Below are positions 54,041 through 64,000 of a stretch of DNA of 64,000 nt, piece by piece. The stretch's first letter is position 1; every line of letters begins with the position of its first letter. Origin of the DNA: Nageia nagi (taxonomy: Eukaryota > Plantae > Pinophyta); assembly GCA_050084985.1 (NCBI GenBank), contig JBITNC010000001.1, forward strand, positions 179,986,001 through 180,050,000, given 5' to 3'. The translations under genes and the position numbers were made by a program. The notes below the pieces were generated by a model. It was not told the DNA's origin. It saw only the letters and a program-made list of their open reading frames with translations, and made no database searches.

Positions 54041-55963
54041 GTATTGTAATGTCTCTATCTTGGACACCCCATTTTATGATACGAAATTTAGTTTTTTAAT
54101 TAAATTTTATAAAATTTAAATATAGCATGAGGAAATGGGCATACCATTTAGGGGAATAATATAATTTTGTTTTATAAAATAAGTTATTTTAGCATGTGCT
54201 CAATTAGATGAGTTAAGTGAAGGCATAATGAAAAATTATAACATTTTGTATAAAAGGAGATTTTCATTCATTCTTGATTATTATTACTTGTCTATTGGAT
54301 GGAGAGAGCTGCTGGACCAGCAAGCTTCCCATTTGCTCTTGTGGACAAAAACCTGCAGGGGAACAAGGATTCAAGGACGAAAACCCTTGGATTCTTTAGA
54401 GAGCAAGGATGAAAAACCCTTTTGCTCTTTTGAGGTGGATTCATCCAGAATTCACATTGAGGCTGATTGGATTGTTGGGTTTGAAGGGTCTTGAGATAGA
54501 AATCAGATCAGAAAAGTGAGGATCAAATTTGCAGAGTTCCAGATTTTTGAAGATTGAGATCAGATCTAAGATTGTGACCAGATTTGCAGATTTGAAGGTC
54601 TGATATTGAGGGTTTTGATTAGATTTAAAGGTGGAGATAAGATCTAAAGTTTGCAATCAGTTTTGCAAGGTTTAAGACCAGATCTGAAGGTATATGATCA
54701 GATCTGAAGGGTTGAGATCAGATCTGCAAATCTATAACCAGATCTGAAATCTGTAAGCAGATATGCAAGTTTTGACTCCATATCTCAAGCATCCAGCATT
54801 TGAGGTCGATATTTAGTTTCTTCTTGAGGGTTTGCATCATTGTTCCAGGTGCACCACTCTTATTTATAGTGATCTACAATGAGGGTTAATTTGCATTGGT
54901 ATATTAGTCATTATAGCTAAAGTTTGTGTTAGATCTGAATTCCTATATTCTAGATCAAGGGTTTTCATTTGTAGATCTAGATTGTTCTTGTCATTTTCAA
55001 ATCAATAAATATAGTGTTGAAGTAGATCTGCAAATTTATGTGATATTTTGCACTTATTTCCAGTTATTATTTAATATCTGAAAACCAGGGCACCAATTTA
55101 AGTAGATCTGGTCATTATTGCATTATTTCTGGTTTTTTTCTAGTTTGGTTCTTTACACCCACGTACGATATGTTACCAGGGATGAACTTCAAAAGGCAAT
55201 ATCTCCCTCATTTCTTGACAAAATCATGTCATGTAACCTGTCAAAACGAATGGCAGAGGATTCTCTATCCATATCTGAAAGTTACGTCAACAATTCATGG
55301 CTTGTAGCAAAAAGTTATGCCTTTTATAAGATTTCTTAAAAATGGGGTCATTACAGGACTGTTAGAGATTACAATTCAAGATAGCTCAATTAATGATGAT
55401 ATAACTACTATTAATCTTATTGTTGAAGCAACTGAAAGTATACAAAGTGACAAGACTACAAAATTCTCTTTAGACCAACCTAAGGGAAGGCAACAATAAA
55501 ATGGTTGGTCTTGAAAGTGGAATGCTTGTCAGTGAGAGTTTGTGTTCAAACTTCAGAGAGAATGTACAGCTAATTTAGAGGAGCATAGGATCAAAAGCTT
55601 GTTATTTAGCTACTTCTGCAATCGTTATTATCAATAATGAAGCATCATATAAAAAAGTTATTTGCCAGTCATTGCATGTTACTGCAAATGTTGCAGAAGC
55701 AATTAAAAAGAAACACAAAATAGGCTGGCATCAAAAGACAGCATATTTGACAGTAAGAAGAAAATCAAAAAAAAATTATGAGGAAACAACATGATCATGA
55801 AGGTCAAACTGCTTGTGTTGTTCTAGATGATGACCCTTCTTCCACAGCATCAGCCTATGAATATAAGAAACATGATGCTAAGAACAGAATTTATTTGATC
55901 TAAATAAAAGTGCAAACCAGCTGATCACAGTAGACAAAATGGGCAAAGAACAAGGCAAAGGAG

Positions 55964-56777
55964 AGATGTGTTCAATGTTTGAACGCCATTACCTAAGGGA
56001 GTTCCATTTCAAGTTCAAAGCACAATAGATAGCAAAACAAAACGAAGTGGCACATATGATTATTGAAGTTGAAGATGTGCCTAGGAAGCTGAACTTTAAG
56101 CTTCCAACAGACAGGTTGTATGCCAACATCTTTCTTGGGTTACGTGATTGGGGAGCAATGGATCAAGGAGGGCCAAATATTAATGAGCCAAAATATGGCA
56201 GTCAAAATCAACTAGCATTTACTAAGCATTCACTTCTTAAAATTAAGGAGAGTTTGCATTCAGTTAGGACTTCATGGATATAGTCAAATCAGCATATTGA
56301 AATTTCTAAAGGACGGTTAGGAGTTCAGTTAGGATTCCATACATATAGTTAGCATTCAATTAGGACTTCAGTTAGAATTTTATACATTTAATAAAATAAA
56401 TAGATTGAGAGTGATTGATTAATAAATATAGACAATTACAAGCAAACTTCCTCTTCTAACCTTCTCCATTATCAGAAAGCTGAGTGCAACCAATGAAGAA
56501 AGATTTTTCGATTCACTTGGGACAAGTTGGTGATTCCTCCATGTGAGAGTGCCTCACTGGAGAGCTTAAGCTATTCTATGTGTTGCTGGTACTAGAACAG
56601 AGTTCTCCTATTTTGCTTGTAGGAATTCTAATCACATTTTATTCAAAAAAAAACAATATATAGTTTGTAAATTCATATTTTATTCATAGATATTTCAAAT
56701 TTTGGTACATATTACAAAATATAGTTTGAATATACTATTTCCAGGTTTAAATTTATAAAATCAAACATTGCATATCA
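55964..56777 (+). mobile_element. Possible solo LTR
   Basis: Inverted ends sharing CAATGTTTGA/TCAAACATTG, with an internal TATA-like AATAAATATAG. No TSD. Confidence 0.4.
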
Positions 56778-58299
56778 GTCAACCAGAATCAAAAAAAAAA
56801 GTCAGCAGACTTTAGCTGTCCAATCAACCGAAATCTGATTGTTGCCAAAGGAATTTAAGATTATAAAGGAATCATGCTGCAATAAAAGCAAACTTTTGAG
56901 AACTGAGGAGGAGATGTTTTCAAAAGAAGAGACATTGTATGAGTTTCTTTTTCTCAGTTTACAAACTACGCCATTACATGTCTCAGTCATATATATTATT
57001 TGGACTTCATTTGAATTTTATCTCAATGGAATCCACACTTCAGGGATAATCACTGTGGACGAATGGCATGCAATTTCTGAGAGGACAATCTATAGATCAC
57101 CAAATCAGATCAGTTACACTGCCAAACACCTGTACAAGGATAACGATCAATGTTGTAGTCACCAAGGACTTGATTGAAGAAATCCACACCAATTAAAGTC
57201 TACACTGGCATGGTTTGGACTTTAGAATGTGCATAACCTTGGCAAACTTAGGTTGGAAGACAATAAACTCAAGATCCTTGATGGTGGTTTCAACACAGTA
57301 ATTGTCATCTGCACAGCAGCTCCTAAAAACACTAACACCAATAAAAAACTTTCAAAACTGTTATGATCCACCATGCACAGACAAGAAGATAACAAGAATA
57401 ATCCTCACAATATCACCAATACAACCACAAAAATAGTAAACCATACAAGAGAAACACAGACTAGATATTGAATAATACCCTTAAAAAAAGATAACACCAC
57501 AGAGTACTCTTTAAGGTAGGATATCGATCAATGAAAGTCAATCTTTCCAAGTACAATGCTTCAGCACAATTACATAATTCTTCACAACATAATTTGGCAA
57601 TGGCATCTCCTTCTAACTCTAAGTAGAGATATACAAATTAATAATAATGTGGACAGTTAGGCTAAATCTCAATAATTATACAAACCTATGGCCTATTTAA
57701 TCCAACTAAACCATCTACAAATGAGTCATGTGTCAGCAGTGCATCATCCCATATAAAATATGTTATTCTAAAAGTTCCATATTCAATGCAATATGACAGT
57801 ATGGCGTTGCCTTATACAATATTATATGTCTATACTTGTAATATACCCATCTGTGGTACATCACAAAATTGTAAGGGTATGGTAGGCTATTGTTTTAGTT
57901 TGAGTCATTAGAAATTATAATAGGTAGGAATTTATTGTAGCCTCATCCAAGAGGAAAACTTTTATTGTCCTTATAATTTTATCAATGAATTAACAATATG
58001 TGCATTCTTTATAAAAAATTATGAAAATGTTGTTTTTAACAACAATAACGATAGATTGCTCTTGGCCAAAAAAGAAAATCAAGTTTTACCCAGAATGCCC
58101 ATAAATTACCTAAAAAGCAATACACGAAAACAATTAATAAATAAATTGGTTGAATACGAATCCATTAGGGCATTACAGTTGCCCTATTCGTAAATAATCC
58201 AACTCCATTTTACACCTAGCCGATTTCCCTTTGAAAATGTGACATTTCCACTATAACATGAATGCAATTACTCTAAATTGCTTGAGATTGTGGGTATAC

Positions 58300-58380
58300 C
58301 TCTAGTCGATCCAACAACCTATCTGCAACTGTATCAGTGAAGTTGTCACTGGGTCTCATAAGCCATGCAGCTCTGTCTCT
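58300..58380 (-). CDS. NDUFAF5: NDUFAF5 coding exon 2
   Basis: 81 nt, RDRAAWLMRPSDNFTDTVADRLLDRLE. Flanked by a TTCAG acceptor and a GT donor, phase 0, and continues exon 1 in frame across an 82-nt intron. Confidence 0.93.
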
Positions 58381-58462
58381 CTGAACTAAAAACTGCGTAA
58401 GTACTAATTCTATTCCGGACCAAAACAGAAGTCATGAAGCTAAAAGTAAATAAGTATTTTAC

Positions 58463-58630
58463 CTGCAATCTTTTGAGAGACCTGTCAAATATTTTGAGCC
58501 TGCCACCTTGGGATCCATCCTCTGATGATGCCACTGATGATAATGCTAATGATAATGAGAAGCAATTATTATACCGATGTTTAAGACAATGCCCACAGAT
58601 TTTGGGGAGCTTTGACAACATCTGCATCAT
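58463..58630 (-). CDS. NDUFAF5: NDUFAF5-type mitochondrial SAM-dependent methyltransferase/arginine hydroxylase (complex I assembly factor; At1g22800-like), coding exon 1
   Basis: 56 codons MMQMLSK...GRLKIFDRSLKRLQ: a putative transit peptide followed by the family motif KIFDRxLKRxQ. GT donor at 58462-58461. Family recognised from recall, not from a search. Confidence 0.9.
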
Positions 58631-58738
58631 TTCTGCAGAAACTTCAAACAGATATCAGCGATGGAATTTTTAAAGAAAGAATGAGACAGGTTTAAGCAAT
58701 TACAGCGAAAAAATGGTATACTAGAAAATTGTAGTCAC

Positions 58739-58775
58739 CTTGGTTTGGATGGAGTGTTACGAGAGATTTGTTTTA
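58739..58775 (-). other. Possible 5'UTR exon of NDUFAF5
   Basis: On the minus strand a CAAG|GTGAC donor at 58738 and a TTTCTGCAG acceptor 2 nt upstream of the ATG define a ~106-nt UTR intron. The upper bound is a guess. Confidence 0.4.
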
Positions 58776-58796
58776 ATTCTGTTCAATTAATTAAAA

Positions 58797-58830
58797 CTAG
58801 CAATTGCAACTAAGTGCAATGGGTACCGCG
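58797..58830 (-). mobile_element. Helitron-like 3' terminus
   Basis: Minus strand ...GTACCCATTGCACTTAGTTGCAATTGCTAG|T: an imperfect hairpin, then CTAG followed by T. An AT-rich body extends to higher coordinates. Confidence 0.55.
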
Positions 58831-59200
58831 ATTATTATTGTTATTAATTATTATAATTTTTTTTTAATTATTTTTATTATTTATTTATTACTTGTCTTTA
58901 TTTTTTATAATTTTTTTATTTTATTAATTATTATTGATTAAATAATTAGATTATGGTAATTATATTATTATTTTGAATAGTTTTTAAATTATCTTAATCT
59001 TTGTTTTCATGGTTTGTTGTTAATCATTTTTTTATTATTATTATTTTTTCATTTTAAAATTGTTATTTTTTTAAAATTATTTTTATTATATTTTTTTAAA
59101 TTATTATTAATGTTAATTATTATTATTATTATTAACAACATATATTATTTTAATTTTTATTATTAATATTATTATTAATTTTCTTATTAATATTAAGAAA
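58830..59200. repeat. (TTA)n-derived AT-rich low-complexity tract
   Basis: Direct inspection. Confidence 0.85.
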
Positions 59201-60235
59201 AATTACCAAAATATCTTTATAATTTCATATAATTACAAAAATACTCCTATATTTTTAAAATTACCAAAATACCTCTATTGTATGTTGTTTTCAGCTCACC
59301 AGGATGACGTTCAAGGTTTTTTTTGCGTTGAATATGAAAAACTTATTCCAACATAGAGAAGACTTCAAAAATGAATGTTTTCTTGGTGGCAGTATTACTA
59401 TTACCATATAATTGTTGCAGAGAGTGGGAAATGTCTCCTAATACCAAAGACAAGCCATAACCAGAGTGTATGTTTATTTTCATTGGTCAATGAAATTGCG
59501 GAGAGCAAAATAAATTTGGGTTCATCACTATCAGACACATTTTCAAGTTTGTTGAAACTTCCATACAATACATCTACATAGAACTCAACTCAACAGGTCC
59601 TATGTGTTGTAATTAACTATACATAACCATTTATTTATTTTTCGCACTTTTTTTTGTGTTAAAAATGAAGTTGTTGAACATGCCCCATAAAGTACTAGAA
59701 TATTTTGTGTTGTTGAGTTTGCTTTTGAAATGAATGGAAATCATGGAGCCTTCTTATTCTAATTATAGAATTCCATAGATAAGTGTGGACACTATATCCA
59801 TTAGAGGATTTTTCTATCCACACGTGTGCTTTTTTTTGCTAACTAAAAATACAGTAATATATAACATTAAATATACTACGAACCTTATCTACGTCTAATG
59901 AATATGTTTAAAGCAAATCATATTTCCTCTCTTCTCAATTCAAACACGCGACGGGTAGTCTCTCATTATTGCAGAGTAGTCTCTCCCGATACCTAAAGAA
60001 GCATAAGCTTGCAAAACAACAAACTAGGTATTTTTTTATGAAACCATCTTTGCAGGTCAATTTTTTGGAATTAGATTTCGTGTCTGAGGGGTTCTCTTCC
60101 TTCAAAGTCACCCGGAAGTGGCACCCGACCTCATCTACGGCAACATGATCACCCACCGATTGAAATTAGCATATCCACATGATATGAAGGGGGAGAGTTT
60201 TAAACTTGGAACCTCCCTTTTTCAACTTAAGAGTT

Positions 60236-60720
60236 TTATATATATATATAATATTATTATTATTTTAATTTTTTTTAATTATTGTTATTTAATTATGTCC
60301 ATTATTCTATTTTTTATTATTAGTATTATTATTATTTTTCTTATTCATATTATTATCATCATTTTTTAAATTTATTTTAAATTATTATTAAGTAATTATT
60401 ATTTTTTAAATTATTATTATTATTATTTCATTTTGCGTTAATAGTTCACCAACCTTCATAGTCATTACTTTTATTATTATTATTATTATTATTATTTATT
60501 TTAATTATTATTAATTTAATTTTTTAAATATTTTTATTGTTAATAAATTTTTTAATTATTAATCTTATTATTATATTTTTTATTAATATTATTATTTTTT
60601 AATTGTTATTATATATATATTAAATTATTATTTATTATTATTATTATTATTAAAAAAAATATTGTTATTGTTGTTATTACTATTAATTTTTTAATATCAA
60701 TCTTTTTTTTTAAATATTTA
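60236..60720. repeat. (TA)n/(TTA)n AT-rich low-complexity tract
   Basis: Direct inspection. Confidence 0.85.
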
Positions 60721-61553
60721 TGTGAGAGACATTTGAATCCACAACTTATATACGTTCTATATTTATTACGTTCTTTATTAAATTTCGTTGCATTATTCAA
60801 TTTCCCGGCTGGCACTCATTATGCAGGGTATGTGGGCATATTGTACTGTCTACGCTTTTATGCGACGGTCCTATTTATTATTACACTGCTAGAAGGGATT
60901 GGAAATTTGAGCCACCCAACTCCAAGGTATCCACGTTCTGTCGACGTTGTCCGACCAGTCTATGAAATTGAGCATCTCCTTGGATTGCTGACATTCTGGT
61001 AAGCTTCCAGTGCACGCTCCGTCTCAGAAGTATACTCCACACCTGATGCTGGGGATGAAAAAAATTCAACATGGTGGCTTGCTATGTAAGGTTTAGATTA
61101 CTTTCATCGTATGGCCGCTACCGTGGAACTTTAGCCAGTCATGGATGGTAAAAGCAAGACCCTCAGCCTCAATGTGCGGTACGCCTTAGATGCAAATATA
61201 GGTCAATAATAACGAAGTAAAGATTAAAAAAAAAAATTAGAGGTTCTTCAGATTATTTGTTAGTATAATTGAAAAATTTTACATGGAAATATATTTTCAA
61301 ATAATAGTGGTAATGTTTAACATATTTCGATTAGTTAAGTAATAGTTATTTATAGGTATTTAGAAGAATGAATCTCATGGTGTTTTAGATAGGAAAGATG
61401 TTTACAAGAGTTAAATATATGATAATGGATACTCTTAAATGTGTAAATTGGTTTGCTAAAAGGTTGTCATCTTCATATGATATAGAAATATGTTAGATAT
61501 AATGGAAGAAATTCTAGCAAACTTTTGTAAGAGAGATTTGTTGCATGAATAAA

Positions 61554-61590
61554 CTAGCTATTGCAACCCTATGCAATGGGTACAACGTAG
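61554..61590 (-). mobile_element. Second Helitron-like 3' terminus of the same family
   Basis: ACTAGCTATTGCAACCCTATGCAATGGGTAC is near-identical to ACTAGCAATTGCAACTAAGTGCAATGGGTAC at 58796. Confidence 0.55.
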
Positions 61591-64000
61591 ATTAATAATT
61601 ATGCTCTTTAAATTTAGGTGTTATGTTTGTATTAAAAGAGATGACATAATCAAAATATTGAATTAATATGCATTTACTTAATAAATAAATAAGTTTCCAA
61701 CAAGTCATTCAAAACTCAATTATTTTCTAACAAGGAAACAAAAATTAGGTACCTTGGAAGCGATCGAGTGGAAATCTTTATCTTGGACATCATTTTCTCT
61801 TCCCCTGAATCGATCTCTTCATCCTCAACATTTTCCCCCTCCTCTTAATCTGCAAAAACCCTTATGGTAGGTTAGCACGAGAGGTTGCTCTTCTACCAGA
61901 CTTGCCAACTTTTTAGAGCAGTGGAAAAGAAAAGAAAAAGAAAGTATATTAATATCCTCGGGTGACCAAAAGTGGTCAATGGGACTAGAGTGAACAATAC
62001 ATGAATCAGATTCCAGCAAGCGCCTATTAGGATTCCTTTAAATCAAACAAAGAAATAGCCTAATCAAAGCTAGTAAAACCATATAAGAGAAGACCCGAAG
62101 TCTAAGGGATAGGTGGTACAGCATCGTAATATCCAAGAGGTCATCTTAGGGGGCCTTTGTGGGTGCATCGAAAAGACTAATATTGGAGAAGAAGGAAGTA
62201 ATCTATTGCTCCCTTAGTGTGACCTTGGTAACTCGAATGTGTCTCTTGGTATGACAAAGAGGGAGTGGTTGCTCTTCTCGGTGCCTCCGATAAGTCCCCT
62301 CTGGGGAAGATGCTCTGAAAAAGGATATGATTTGTCGCTCCTCCTTGGGATACTATGCGTATGCTAAGAGGCACTTCCAAATAAGGAAGATCTCCTAAAA
62401 GTATAGGACAAGGCAACACTGATCTAGATATTGTATGAAGGTGGCTAGTGAACTGTGTGCATCTCGAAAAAGGTAATGATAATGACCTCTGATCTCATAG
62501 TGGAATGAGCATCTGAAAATAAAATGCTCCTTGAACTCAATATCCTACTAACAAAGGTAGTGGACTCTCAAGTACCTAGAAAGTGGCCCAACGATTTATC
62601 TCCAAAATGCAAATAACTAGCAGTAGATTTTAAGATATTTTGAAAAATAAGAAAATAGAAACTAGAAAAGAAAACTATTGAGAGAATGATGTACTTCTGC
62701 TAGTAGTACTTTACTCTTATGTAGGTAATTTAGCAAGCAAATGGGAGAAGAGATAAGAGTTGAGATTAGAAATGGTAAGAGGAAATTTAAATAGTCGATG
62801 TAGAAGTGATGTGATGCAATGGTTAATGTGTTGATGGTGATGGCTAGAGGATCACCCTATTAGAAAGGGTATTTTTTATGCCTCATTGATTTTACTATTG
62901 GTATAGAGGTGGAATCCATCATGCTATTCTGCAGCTTAATTATTGAGGGTAGCTATGTGGCATCTCATCTAATTTGCACTTAACGTGTTCTAAGGCTCCA
63001 ATGCCTAGAAAGTGATTGATAATAGTATTAATCATGGTTTGAAATCAACAAACTTAGACTACATACAGGACTTTTGCATTGCTCACTCCCTTCATTAATC
63101 CTAATAAAACTAAGAGCAAAAGTACACATTAGAGTTGTTATACTCTCTTTTTGCTAAAGCACCTCATTACTTGTAAGCCAACTAAAATATTTTACTTTTA
63201 GCTAGATGTTCTCTATTTACTTCAAATATTTCTCCTTTCATTTTTACAATTTGCATGCTTCCTTCACCAACTCTTTACTCTACAATTGTAGATGATGCCT
63301 AAAAAATAATGTCGATAATCAACAACATTATATATTCGTACAAATATTTAATAACAACACTTTTTTAAAAAGTGGAATGATGGAATGATGAAATCGGTTC
63401 GCATTAATTTGCTTCACCAATAATCCCCATAAGAACATTCTTTGCATTTGAAATGATGAAATTGATTCGCATCCCTCGTAGCAATGTTCCTTATAACAGT
63501 ATTGGTTGCATAATTGTAGTCATCAAAGGTTCTTCACAACCTTAATAACATTTCTAATAGAATCTTTAATAACCTGAATGCAACTACCAACTTTTCAAAG
63601 GAATTCTTTATCTTCAACTTTCATATCATTCAAAGTAGGTATTATATTCAAAAATATAATTCACGACCTTCATCTTACTCGATAGTTTCTTCAAATCGCC
63701 ATAGATCTCCTATGTTCAATCTATCTCCTACAAGAAAAGCGTGAATACTCTTTCAATCCAAATACATCCAAGAGTCTTCTTATTTCATCTATCATTCATT
63801 AATGTCCTTACTTAGAACATCATCCTTGTTGCCCACTTTAGTAGAAATATTTGAAAACAGAACATATGATGGAGTATGTAACTTAGTCTCTAACAAAAAT
63901 AATTGTTGCCATGTAATCCCCACTCCTACATTCATAAGTGGTGTACATGTACCAAGAAGACATCATTGAGCACCCAATTTGGTGTGCCTGCTTGGTTATT

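Larger units (their letters stand above)
49331..55157 (+). mobile_element. Non-autonomous LTR retroelement (LARD-like) with two ~1.1 kb LTRs
   Basis: LTRs 49331-50456 and 54045-55157 (TG..CA, clearly homologous). PBS TGGTATCAGAG at 50458-50468, PPT GGGAGGGGTGGTAT at 54031-54044. Decayed TSD CCCGT/CCCAC. No RT or integrase core in the 3.6 kb interior. Confidence 0.92.

Noticed and set aside
60118-60815. Ile/Phe-rich 'membrane protein' ORFs
   Set aside because: Translation of (TTA)n low-complexity DNA.

Overview
AT-rich, transposon-dominated plant DNA. A gymnosperm origin is likely, inferred from the intron size and TE types. The only host gene recognised is a minus-strand NDUFAF5-type mitochondrial methyltransferase (At1g22800-like). 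Its first three coding exons are 58630-58463, 58380-58300 and 20700-20622. Intron 2 is 37.6 kb and intron 3 appears to exceed 20 kb. The introns hold decayed TEs: a Reina-like and a CRM-like Ty3/gypsy element, an L1 LINE, several solo LTRs, and a non-autonomous LTR element with an orphan ORF and a hAT MITE. Helitron-like ends lie upstream of the gene. The most striking object is a family of 2.6-6.8 kb elements, with three complete copies (13667-19646, 36176-38802, 39019-45824) and one end fragment (~883-2315). The complete copies have TGTTG-like...CAACA termini, perfect 5-bp TSDs and no RT, integrase or transposase that I can recognise. Each carries a terminal double hairpin and an array of 8-10 spaced ~53-bp inverted-repeat units with a subfamily-specific core. 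The two long copies also carry one ~1000-1200 codon orphan gene (now disrupted) behind its own TATA box. They look like giant solo LTRs with a gene inside U3, or an undescribed class of integrase-dependent mobile element.
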